From the NCBI GenBank assembly GCA_050084515.1, contig CM114271.1:44392001-44456000 (forward strand): 64,000 nucleotides of DNA, read 5' to 3'. This document shows, one piece after another, positions 53,001 through 64,000 of this stretch (position 1 is the stretch's first letter; each line of letters opens with the position of its first letter). The stretch is from Blasia pusilla. Taxonomy: Eukaryota. Both the position numbers and the translations under genes were made by a program. Under the pieces are notes generated by a model. The model did not search any database, was not told the DNA's origin, and saw only the letters and a program-made list of their open reading frames with translations.

Positions 53001-55260
53001 AAAATAAAGAAGCGCGATACAAAACAGTGGCCGCCCCCACCAACGTGCTCGACACATGCCCCTCTTGAGCATCAAGAATAGGAGTCGTCGCACTCGCTTC
53101 TCCCATCGCCCTCTGTGCCTGCACACCAAAAGCATCACCAACTCTCTAGGAACTCTGATCAGGACCCATCGATGGGGTCCTCATTGCCTTGGACAACGTG
53201 AAAAATTGAGGAAGCATGGTCTGTTTTCTAGCTTCATTTAGCTGTGGATCCAACTCAGCGGCTTCTCCACGCGTCAAAATTGCGGCGGCCTCCATTTGGG
53301 CAACCCCGCACATCCAACCAGGATCCTCCATATCTTTGGTTCCTCCATATGATGTCGATGCCATGGATGTGGCATCGGGTAACCTCAATGCCACAACGGC
53401 AATCTGCTCTTGTAGCTGCTGTATGTGATCAGCCATCCGAGCCTCACGTCCGACGTCTCCCTTGATGCGTCTAGGTGGTGAGACTCTACCTCCTCCACGT
53501 GCAGCTCCACCACCCTGTCGGGAAACTCCAACTCCTCGTCTCCCAACAGGACCACCTGGTGCACGACCTCTAGCCCCACTTGGACCGGCTACTCGCTCTG
53601 GTGTCCTCTCTGACCCTCGGTCCGATTGTAACTCAGGATATAAATTGAAACACCTGGCGCGTGTATGACCATACCTCTGAAAATGGTCATACTGATAACC
53701 TCTTGTTGCAGCACCATCTCCTCCTCCATGCTAAGGCACACGTCCATGACACTAACGAGTGCAATCGCGTTGATGATGAGCTCCACCACATGACCAACAA
53801 GTAATAGTAGGCGACTGCTGCTGAGCCACATATGAAGGTGCAGGTCTCTATGGCACGGCCTCTTGCTATCCTCCCTCAGTCGTGGTGCCACAATCAACCT
53901 ATCTCGGAGTCCATGTTGCTGCACAGGTGGTGCATATCATCGTGACTGCTCTCACCCAGAACCCATGGTGGCTACGCTCTCCTCTGCCATGTTGCGCTCA
54001 ATGTTCTCGGCGGTCCTAAAAACATCTCTCAAAGTAGGGGAGGTGTTCATAAGCACCCAACTTCTCCGTCCATACCCCTTGGTAGCTCACCCTCAACTCA
54101 GCAAATAACTCAACCACGGGGTTGAACCTCGGACGAACCTGACTAGATGGTGCAACTGCTCCAATGCGAGTGACCCCTCCTAAAACATCACTAGTGGAAG
54201 AGGAAGTAGCCTCTCCTAACTCCTCCTCCTCATCTGGGAACGGCTCCGTCTATGACACATAGTGTGGGTCATAGTAGAGTCGCCATGCCTCAATCTCCTG
54301 GGCATATCTGTGGGAGAACTCATGGTAATCGTCCATGGGCACCCCCTCCAAATACTAGAACATACCTTTCCATGTTGTAAACGGGTTGAACTCTCTAGAG
54401 TTCCTAGTCCGCTCTGAGTCACACCAACTCCTAAACTCTGCAATGAAGTCTTGTAGCTCTATAGTGCCTACAGCACCCGAAAATCTACGCGGTCCTCTAC
54501 CGCGGTCATCCATCTCGTACGCCCAACTGGCAGGACCACTCAATGTGTACAGTGGGTCACTAAAACACTCCTCTACATGCTCACTCTCATCTGAAGATGA
54601 TACAGAAGGAGATTGAGGTGGTCTCTCACGTGGAGACCCTCGAAACCTCGCACCACTCCAGGTAAACCCTCTAGAGCTACTCTCAGGTCCACTACCTCGC
54701 CTCTCAAAATCCCAAAAGGACGCGGTGATGGCCCTCGTGCCCCTCTCATACCATCACTCTCAATCTCGTGAGTAATCCCTCAATCACTCAAACTAAACAT
54801 TCGGCACTCAATCTCCACTCTCTCACTGAGACGTGTATTGTGCGGCAACAAGCAGCGTGGTGCGGAAAATCAACCGATCTATTGTCTCATTGACAAACCA
54901 TCCTCAACTCTGGACATCCCACACAGGTCTATGTATCCTAAAACCATAGATCATCCATGCTACTAGCATTAACACGAAACCCAATATCCCAAATAACTTC
55001 CCAATATCCGGAAATCCCTCACACGTGCAAGGTAAGAGACCAGAATGGGTAACCTGACAATAATGTGGATATTGCTCGTCGGCAACTGCAAATCTCGACC
55101 CCAACTTGGTCATGAAGACAACTCCTCTAATCAGCAAATCGTACTCCTCTCGTACCGACGTTGCTCGATCCTTCTCGATTTATGGTGCAAGTCCAACTGT
55201 TCGATGCGGCACTAGCGGCACGGAACGGCTACAAATGGCACGGCACTCGGCGGCATATCC
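50058..55260 (-). mobile_element. Copy Y, 5' part: E1-family 5' UTR, gag, PR, DNMT, RT (mostly deleted at ~50297), RNase H tail
   Basis: Reverse-complement homology to E1 3930-8900. DNMT motifs IRVLDLFGGM (ORF 51781-52014), DFVIAGWTCQG, YILENVP and RAQCPRLLWTNL (ORF 51313-51633). Confidence 0.88.
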
Positions 55261-55269
55261 TCCTCAATG

Positions 55270-55570
55270 AGAAATTTACATGCTCTGCACCTTAGTGAAG
55301 GAGCGCACAAGGTCATTCCAAACCATATCATCGCGTCCCTCCAATAAGAGAACATCACGTGGCAAAACCTCATGCTCTCTCAAGATAGTGCGCCTTGCAA
55401 TCACATCCAACATCGTGGGTACCGTCTGTTGCAAGTAGATATAATCTCCCTAATAAAACCTCCAGATAGTCGGTTGATAACCATCTCCCTGAATAGTCGC
55501 ATACCTCAACGAACCCTGATGTTGCGCAATCGCCAAGTTCTCAAACGTCATGGGAATCACTCTAGACCTC
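55270..55570 (-). mobile_element. Isolated integrase C-terminal fragment of the same group
   Basis: Reverse complement matches 10120-10390 (FENLAIAQH..LRYATI..GDYIYLQQ..VWNDLVR). Confidence 0.7.
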
Positions 55571-56128
55571 TGAATTAATATTATATATTTTAATTAGAAA
55601 AGAATTAACTTAATTAAGAATATTTTTTTAATAAATTAAAAATTCAAATGGAAATATGAGGAAACGATTTCCCTTTAAAAAATTGGACTATTTAAATATT
55701 AATTAAAAAAAACTTTTAAAAAATTGGAGAAATATCTAGGTTGTAAAAAGTTGAACATGTTCTAATTAAGACGTTAGTAGTATGCAAATGTATTCTTTCT
55801 TGAATTCTATATGCAAACTCTAATTCTCTTGATAAATAATTTACATTCCAATTCAAAGCATATATAACTTTGATAACAAATTTCTCATCTAGTGTGTAAA
55901 TAGAGGATACAATTTTGATTTTTCCATACTTGAAATGATTGACACAAGGGATTTTTTTTATATGCGCTTATGATTATATTTATAATGTAGGCTTCAATTG
56001 TTTATAAATAGTGATTGACGATATCCTATTGACAATAGGAATACAAATTCAATTTAGACAAAAATGCCACAAAAATATATCCATGTAATGCTTACTTAGG
56101 TCTAAATTTTCAAAGTTGGATCATATAC

Positions 56129-56748
56129 AAGGTTGCATGTGCACAAAGTCTACGTCTGCGGATATCTCCTTGTCCGTGGACTTACGTCTATTATATAGAA
56201 GGATTTATCCATGTGGGCCCAAAATCCCCCTTCTTTCTCATTCCCCTCTTTTTCCTGTGTGTTTCATATTAACGCGTTTCTTCCTCCCCCTTATTGCCCC
56301 ACCTGCCTTTGTTCTACCTTCCACCATAATCTGTAAATATGGGCGCAACCTTTTGCAATTCATGTTTGTGATGTCTATTTAAGATATTAACAAAATAGAG
56401 AAATATCCTAAATTGAAATCCATGTTTATCATGTCATGCCTTCCATTATGAACTATATGTATGAGCCCCATCTCTTGCAATGCATGTCCAAATATGGATT
56501 GCAAGAGGTGGGGCTCACACCTATAGTTCACAATGGAAGGCAAGACAAGGGCGAGTGGGGCAATAAGGGGGCAGGAAGTGGAGGTAGAGGGAGGAAGAAA
56601 TAATAAAGTATGGAACATAAAGGTAAGTTGGGGGAATAAGAAAGAAGATGAAGGTAGGGTCGACATGGATAAGTCCTTCTAAAGGATAGATGTAAGTCCA
56701 CGGACATGGACATCTTTGCGGATATGGATTTTGTCTACATGCGACCTT
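56129..56748. repeat. Long imperfect inverted repeat (foldback/MITE-like), arms ~56129-56380 and ~56475-56748
   Basis: aaggttgcatgtgcacaaagtc...tgtccgtggacttacgtcta...agaaggatttatccatgt matches the reverse complement of 56660-56748. Confidence 0.8.
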
Positions 56749-56763
56749 AGGCCACAAACAATT

Positions 56764-57518
56764 TATCGTGCGCATACCCATCGCTACAAAATCCACGTCG
56801 CTGGCCATATCTATACACCATATGACACCGATCTTCCCAACACACGAGTTGACCCACCCACAAAAAAAGTACACTCACACATATACATCAAGACCACACA
56901 ACAAAAACCAAAGTAAAAATGGTTCGGTGTATCGAGCCACATCCACCCTCAACTATGAGGGTGGATGTGGCTCACACACACACACACACACACACACAAG
57001 AGAGGTGCTCCTAAGGCCCAACATGTAAAATATGGCTTGCGAAAGCCATCTCTTCCTCTCTTATAGCCTTTGGAAGAGCCAAAAGGCTTTTTCCCGAAAA
57101 AATAGCCATCCCAACCGTAATTTGCATGCATATCTTATTGGATGATCGTTGACACTATCAAAGGGTCACCTAACTGAGTAAGAATAAACTAGGGAGATCT
57201 TTAGAGACAATTTTCCCAATGCAACGGATCTCCTGCTAGCCTCATCCGACATCTTAGGACAAAGTTATGCCCGAGCAACCCATTGACCCTTTATGCCGAC
57301 GACGAGGTAGAAATTTACATATCGGCTAACTAAGGTATGACAATCGTCATGTGCATACACATTGCTACACAATCCACATCGTTGGTCACATCTATACATC
57401 ACACAACATCGATCTTCCCAACATATGGGTCAAACCACCCATAAACAAAATACACTCGAGCATATACATCGAGACTATACAATTTCCCCCCTAGTTGGAA
57501 ATTGGGTCCCCCTAACTC
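56764..57518 (-). mobile_element. B-A-B 3' terminus of a third split-repeat family (B1 ~57480-57345; AT; A2 57342-~56900; B2 ~56900-56764)
   Basis: Direct repeat 56764-56900 / 57345-57480. Minus-strand junction ...GCACATGACG-AT-TGTCATACC; outer end ...GCGCACGATA. Preceded by GAGTTAGGGGGACCCAA..CAACTAGGGGG, the motif that precedes B1 in E1 and E3. Confidence 0.72.
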
Positions 57519-57949
57519 CAAACAACAGACATCACATCTACTTGACATGATCTACTACTCTATACACATTTAGCATCAAAATGGTTTTCTTCCCTCTTGG
57601 AAAGGACTCTTCTCAAGTGCAGACAACGACTCTTGCGAATCTTAGATAACAAAGTTCAAACAAAGACCTCAAAGAGACCTCAAGAATAGGCAGCTCATCC
57701 TACTTTCATAACTGAATCTATCACAACGCGTTACTCACTGTCTAATAGCTTTCCTATGCTCTTCTTGATTATCTTATGGAATTCTGAAATCAAAAGACTC
57801 AACTCTCATCCCTACTGCAGCCGCCTAATAAGGTTTCACACTCGATCAACGATGCCATCATCCTTGCAACATCTCCCAACACATACTCTTCGGTGGATCC
57901 ATCTCATCTATCTCCACCTAGAGATATCAACAAGTGTTTGTAGTTGACA

Positions 57950-58800
57950 AGGCAAGTTGTTGGAGAGAAGCACCCATACGAAGGATATTCCCATAGCGGA
58001 TAGTCCCACGGAGAGACATGGCATGATGGATGTCTCTTCCCATATGCATGATGCAAAGATTTCTTTCCCATTTTTGGGTAGAAGCCTTGAGTTGCAAAGG
58101 AGTACAGACAAGCTCGTGAGGCAGGCTTGGAGCCATGCCTGTGTCTTGAAGCAGACAAAGTCTGATGACGATCGTGCTCTTGAAGCGGAGCCTTGATATC
58201 TTTGGATACCACATGTGTTGTGAGGCAACTTTTGGAGCAAGATACGACAGTGTTAGATCTCTTCAGAGGGATCAACAAGGTGGGTAGCTATAATGTAGTA
58301 GTGTTGTAGGATGAGATCAGGATACATCTGTGAATGATGCCTATGTGATCACTGAATCATCACGTGCTTATACACCACTATGCCCTACAAACTGCACCGG
58401 TAGATGGCTCACCCATCCACCATCTGATCGCCAACCTGGCCGATAAGAAATTGTCTCCTTCCAAAATTCAAGGATAAAACTAAGAGGGTACAATATCGTA
58501 CTCCCTACCAACATATCCTACAACTCTTTCGATGTCGTAATCGCTCGAGTGCGCACCATCGCACTGTGTGACTCATGATCTGGTTGGAGTCTAACAACTA
58601 ACTCTTCTTGAGTCATGTACTGCGTGGGTGACACGCCCCCAATAGGGGTCTGTATCTAAAAGGGACAAGGCTCAATGTCACCGTTATATAACCGCAATGC
58701 CAAACACGTCGCCTTCCCTAGCATCAAGGATTGTGCTCTTGAATCAAGTAGGATGTGCTGCATGTGGTATACGTATCCATTGGACTTACCAAGCAAAATA
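57950..58800. pseudogene. Rearranged remnants of a further DNMT-group element: DNMT motif I region on + (~57950-58350), protease region on - (~58420-58800)
   Basis: + strand: STDKLVRQAW..., LDTTCVV...TTVLDLFRGIN. - strand: ILLDSRAQSLMLGKA...DIEPCPF. Confidence 0.6.
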
Positions 58801-58867
58801 CTCAAGCTCAATTATCCAACATCACATTTGGTGTCACCATGGCTCGCTCTATTGCTTAATTTATGGT

Positions 58868-59136
58868 TCAGTCATAATTATAATTTACATGACTACAAGT
58901 TAGCACATCATGCTTTAAAATGACTCAATAATTCCATAGTCATTTTTGAATATGACTAAGTCATGTCCCAAAATTATTCAACCATTTAGTCATATTTCTA
59001 TATGACTAAAATATTATAGTTTTATAGTTGGATATGACTAACAAATGACTACGACATGTTCTAGTCCTACATTTCAGTCATGAAGAACCTTAGTCATTGG
59101 AATCATAGTCATAAAAACCATGATTTTCTTCTAGTG
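58868..59136. mobile_element. CACTA (En/Spm) transposon end with subterminal repeats
   Basis: Ends TTTTCTTCTAGTG (reverse complement CACTAGAAGAAAA), preceded by many TAGTCAT/ATGACTA motifs in both orientations. Confidence 0.75.
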
Positions 59137-60729
59137 TATATACGCACACTGTCGTTGTCTGAGTCTTACTCGATCTTGGTTTCCACTTGGTCATTCCCAT
59201 TTACGGCTCGCATTTCAATTTGAGAGCTATCTCAATGTCGTCACCACAATTTTGCACACATTCTAGCTTTCGCCATCAGAAAAGGTGCGTCCGGTGCCGT
59301 GTGTCATTGACTGCATGGCTCCTCAAGAACACGGAGAAGCTCCATAAATAATGAAGGTCATGATAATAGAAGCCATTGGACCTAAAAAATGAGCAGGAGA
59401 GCTCCGAGAGGGGGTACTCTCGCGGTCGGGGAGAGCACTATGGCTTATTCTCTTTGCCTCGCCCTGTGACTTGTTGGAGCCGTTTCGGAAACTCTACTGC
59501 ATCCACATGAGAAATCTTTGGTTAGTAGATTTCCCTCATAATAGGATGTCAGATATATTGCACCTCGTAGCCACCATCAATTCCATCCTTTGAGTGGCGT
59601 CCTTTGAGTGGCGTTGAAAAGCACTCAATTCTGCATCCTTTGAGTGGCGTTGAAAAGTACTACATTCTGCAGCTCATTCCACTTGCCTCAATTCTCCCCT
59701 CTATCCCTGCCTGCTGCTACTAGTGCCGCGTATTTAGTATACCCGATATACTTGCCCTACGTGGGGTGGGTATTGACTTCTTACTCCAACACCTTTGCCG
59801 CTCTTGAGACTACACGATTCCGTCCAATTGCATCATAAGTGTGGAAACTTGTTTTCCGTCGTGCTTTATCTGCTCACACTTGTCTTTTCCATTTACTCCG
59901 CAATTTCAACTAGGGAACATAGGCTACCAAAGCTCTGTTGATGTCGCAAAGAGGCTTGGAAACTATCTTCGGCCTAAGCCATGGGGAGTGCTTTGCCAGC
60001 CCAGGCACACACCCTCTGTGTAAGTCAAGAGGTACATTCGCATCATTGATGTTCAGGCTCTTAGGCTAGCTTTCCTCGACTCACAATGGAAATTCAGTCG
60101 AATTACAGGAGACCAAGTTTTTGCATCCTTTCTTGTTGTTATGAGCAAGTTTAGCCAACTTGTGTTACATATCGAGCCGCCTAAGCTCCATATCATTTGA
60201 CAACTCCATTTTTTCAGATTCTATCTTTGCAAAGACTTGGGCCAAGCTTGCAATTCTCGAAGCTACATCCTTTCCTGGGCGGACCAACATCTCTTTTAGG
60301 AGCTTTTGAAGGAGGCGCGGTAAGAGGAGAGGAAGAGAGGAAGAGAGGAGAGAGGAGAGAGGAAGAGAGGAGAGAGGAAACTAGGGTCAACGGAAATAGA
60401 TGCTTTTTTTAAAGAAAGTTTCCGTTGGGTTGAAGAGAGGAAAATTTTTGTTTGAAATTTTTTGCACTTTTTTGTTCATATATTAAGGAGTCCCACAATT
60501 TTTTTTTCCTCTTCCATATTTTGGCAACCCCTCTGAGTCCGACGAGTTGCAAATTGCACAAAATTTAGAAAACTGAAAAATCAGTGGAATCATAAGTGTG
60601 GAACCAATCACTTTTTCCATCCAAGGTCTGGAAAAAATCTATCATTGGCCCCGGGCTGAATAGAGTTCAATCTCGAAGTGAAGGTTGAGAAAAAAATAAA
60701 AGTACAATCTAAAACCTCATTTTGCATCC

Positions 60730-61090
60730 TCAAAGTGGTTTGTTTAAAATACTTCGAACTTCTTTGAGGGACAGAATTGGTTGGTGGATTCCTACTCCTA
60801 CCTCCGACTCTCTTAAAACTACCAGCAACACATAGTACATGTGCTTACAAGGGAAATACCTTTTGCCACTTGTCTCTCTTTGGACAAAGTCATCACATGA
60901 ACATGTGGGAAAGCAACAGATGTGCACCACATACACCCCTGTGACACTTGAATTTACAGTGTTATTCCTGACCCAATACATCCTTCCTATTCCATTGCCA
61001 CTCTAGACATCTTTTGTGGCGATGATCTCCATTTTTGCCTCCCGAGCTGATGCAATTCGCTTTGCTCTCTCCACCGTTGGCCTGCACATT
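60730..61090 (-). pseudogene. SWIM zinc-finger-containing coding remnant (probably DNA-transposon derived)
   Basis: YVVHICCFPTCSCDDFV...YFPCKHMYYVLL fits the SWIM CxC-xn-CxH pattern. Confidence 0.65.
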
Positions 61091-63119
61091 CTGGGGGGCT
61101 GGTATTCTGACAGGAGAGAGTAAGAGAGGAGAGGAAGAGAGGAGAGTCTCTCTTAAAAAAAAAAAAAAAAAAAAAAAAAAGGCCAAATCCGCCTCCTCTC
61201 ATCAAAACTTTTTGACATATTTGAAATTTTTGTTTGCTTTAAAATTCAGGAAATCTTTAGAAGAGAGTATTTAGTGGTCCACATTTGGCCCTAAAAAAAC
61301 CTCCACTTTCCTGGGGGTGAGAAAAAAGGAGACATCATAAGACCACCCTAAACATTTTTCCATCACTCTCCATGTGAGCCTAAGTTTCTTAACATTCCCT
61401 GTCTCGGTCAACAAAAAGCAGTGCCCTTGGTATTTTTGTTGGAGAACCACCCGGATGGGTATCTCTCTTTTTGCAAGGATTGTTGCCTGCATCATGGCCT
61501 CCCCTAAATTGCCCCATAACCAACTTTCTGTCGGTTATGAATGGTGTCTGCTCAAGACCGACTTTATGAAATGTGAATAAATCAGATCCTAAGGCGGAGA
61601 AACCGAGAAGCTGCACCCCTCCCAACCCGTAAGAAAGCTCACCATAAGAAAGGAAAGATTTTTAGAAGTGATTTTCTTCCACCCTACACCCACGGCGATC
61701 TAACGGGTTGGGAATCCGAAATGGCAATCCGACAGGTAGTAGGAATCCTGCACATTTTAGACAAGAAAAGAAGCCTACAACTAGTTGGACGAACGAAGGG
61801 GAACGAGCCAAAAGTCAAGAAGCCCGCCACAATGCGTCAGAAGTTGGTCTCATCGAGATAGAGTCTGATCACTCAAGCAGTCAACCTGTCGGAATCCGAC
61901 AGGTTGCCTGGAAATGGTTAAAAAGTTGCAGTGGGCAAAAAGCAAAAAGATGCAACCCGTCGGAATCATACGGGTTGCAGAATTGTAATTCTGAGTAGCT
62001 AAAAGAACACAATCCACAAGTCCAAAAACATATTCCAACAAACTTTAACAAACACCATTATGGGTTGAAAAAATCTCGTCCTTTATTACCTCCGAAGGAA
62101 CCTCGAAAATGTAGATTTCACCTAGTCTATGATTTCTTCAGCCTCGTCATCTACAAATTTACTCCTAACTCTCCTCGGTGACAGTACCAAAGGAATGTCT
62201 TGGGATTCAAGTGGCTCCTCTGGCCGATTGTAGACGGGGATTGAAAATGTTGGCGAATTCGAGAGCCTTGGCCCCCCCCTAGGTACACCATAACGGTCCC
62301 ATGTAACCTGTCTCGAGTCCCACCGCCTTCCTCGGCAAAAAGATACCTTGTATGCGTTCGCAATGTGACACCCATCCAATATCAATATCCGCTCCGTCCC
62401 GGTAATACCATTACGGCAACCGCACGGTAGAAGGAATCCAACACGTCGAGAGAGAAGAAAAGAAGCCCTACGCCGCCTTTACGAGTTGAGGGGAAGGTGC
62501 CAAGGGAAGAAGCCCGCCAGATCGCCTCTTAAGTTGGACCAACAGGAAAGGGTCGATCGGGCAACTGTCGGAATCAGGCAGGTTGCATGGAGGTGGTAAA
62601 AGGGTGCGATGGTCAAAAAGCGAAAAAGTTGCAAGCGAGGAGAAATCCGACGGGTTGCGAGTGGTCATAAAGTGAAAAGTTGCAAGCGGGAGAAATCCGA
62701 CGGGTTGCAAAATAGAAGTCCGTGGAGTACATAGAGGATCACATTCAAAAGACAAAAATGATCAGCAAACATTTACAAGCACCACCATCATTGAAAAAAT
62801 CTTTCGCTTTATATCATCCGAAAAAAGCTCAAAATCGTACATTTGATCTATTCTATGAAATCTTTTGCCTCATTATCAAAAAAACTCCCTACTCCAAACG
62901 CGCTTGCTTTGTCAGGCTGGGTCGTTGAGTTCTTTGAACTCACTCGTCATCGTCGAGAGCTCTTGCAAAATTACTTTCGGCCTTGCCCTCCCGATTTTTG
63001 GAATCGTTGGAAGTGACGATGGAGTCACTACCAAGGGTGGCTCGAATCGAGCTCGGCCGGTGGAGAGTTGTACGCCCCAACGAGCCTTTTGTATTCTCGC
63101 CTTTGCCTCCTTGCAAAGG

Positions 63120-63384
63120 TCAAGCGATTCTGCCTTCCTCGAGGCGAGAATGTTCGTGCCACTCTGCCAGGCGCCTTTGATACTTGCCCTTGAAAGTCCC
63201 ACTAAGTCGAACACCAAGTCACCCGGCCTTGAGCAGAGCTCGATGAGCGCTTGCATCGGGTGGCGACTTTTCCTTCCTCCCAAAAGTGGGGGGTCTTGTC
63301 TTGCATGTAAATTCGGGGAATTGTACAAACTATCTAAGTTGTACCCATCGAGCATGGATCCACATGATCGTGGATCTTGAACAC
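63120..63384 (-). pseudogene. Degenerate SAM-binding region resembling N4/N6 (amino) DNA methyltransferases
   Basis: RKSRHPMQALIELCSRPGDLVFDL...ASIKGAWQSGTNILA resembles the beta-class K...L..LI...S.PGD.V.D..GSG.T..AA...GR..I..E segment. Restoring one base gives ILALEE. Possible acceptor tttcag at ~63385. Confidence 0.45.
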
Positions 63385-64000
63385 CTGAAATTGTGCTCGG
63401 GCGAACGAAGCGAAGAACGAGGGGAGTGGTCCATCTCAGAATCAAAGACGTTGGAAACAATGTCGAAAATAAAGAAGTCGGCTTGAGAACATTTTCAATA
63501 ACTGACTTTGGATCAACCTGTCGGAGTCCGACGGGTTGTTTTATCCTGGACCAACCCGTCGCCTTCCGATGGGTTGGTCACGGAAAAAAACAACCCGTCG
63601 GGCTCCGTTGTTTTTGTCCGTGAGCAACCTGTCGGAAGGCGACGGGTTGTTGGCCTAGAGCAGCCCATGCTCGCCTACGAGCAACCCGTCGCTATCGACG
63701 GGTTGCATCCAAAACAAAATCAACCGGGAAAAACCAAAAGCAAGCGCAACCCGCCGGGTTCGGCGGGTTTGCGTACACCATGATTTTTCCTGTGTATGGG
63801 AAAGATGCAACCCGTCGGAAAACGACGGGTTGCTCTCAGCCGAGCATGGGCTGCTCTAAGCCAGCAACCCAGATTGACTCTCATTATACACATCATTAAA
63901 ATATAATTGAAATTATAGTACAGGAATTGAGCCTTACCCGAATCTGACTCGTCGCGGATCCGAGTGGGTACTCATTTTTTATGATCCACGATTGCGCCGT

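Larger units (their letters stand above)
60525..63832. repeat. Dispersed short palindromes CAACC(C/T)GTCG-N(3-5)-CGAC(G/A)GGTTG
   Basis: Full or half copies at ~60526, 61882, 61953, 62562, 62646, 62697, 63514, 63552, 63591, 63625, 63682, 63748 and 63808. Confidence 0.85.

Noticed and set aside
59586-59660. Short tcctttgagtggcgt repeats
   Set aside because: Three copies of a 15-mer; looks like local slippage with no further structure.
61880-63832. CRISPR-like array from the palindromic repeats
   Set aside because: Irregular spacing, variable repeat sequence, no cas genes, eukaryotic context.

Overview
Eukaryotic, TE-dense plant DNA, probably from a non-seed land plant (inference from the gene and TE types). 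It holds one clear host gene: a spliced bifunctional nuclease (DUF151+UVR, BBD-like) on the minus strand at ~21.8-24.6 kb. Most of the window is an unusual Ty3/gypsy-type retrotransposon group whose polyprotein order is Gag - protease - DNMT3-like C5-cytosine methyltransferase - RT - RNase H - DDE integrase - PHD finger. These elements lack conventional paired LTRs and have split direct repeats, A ... B-(2 nt)-A-B, with TG..CA-type outer ends and ~4-bp target duplications. The full layout is seen in two elements (2323-11468 and 32809-50057); a third B-A-B end lies at 56764-57518 and solo A-B units at 19018-19695 and probably ~700-1050. A young, conventional chromovirus (37577-44969; ~1.03-kb LTRs, iMet PBS, chromodomain) sits in one of them just before the methyltransferase domain, giving three-level nesting. 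Also present: a solo LTR of the chromovirus family, a Helitron Rep remnant, a CACTA end, a foldback, and a right-end region with a SWIM finger, an amino-methyltransferase-like remnant and many CAACCCGTCG/CGACGGGTTG palindromes. All domain calls come from motif reading by eye, with no database search.
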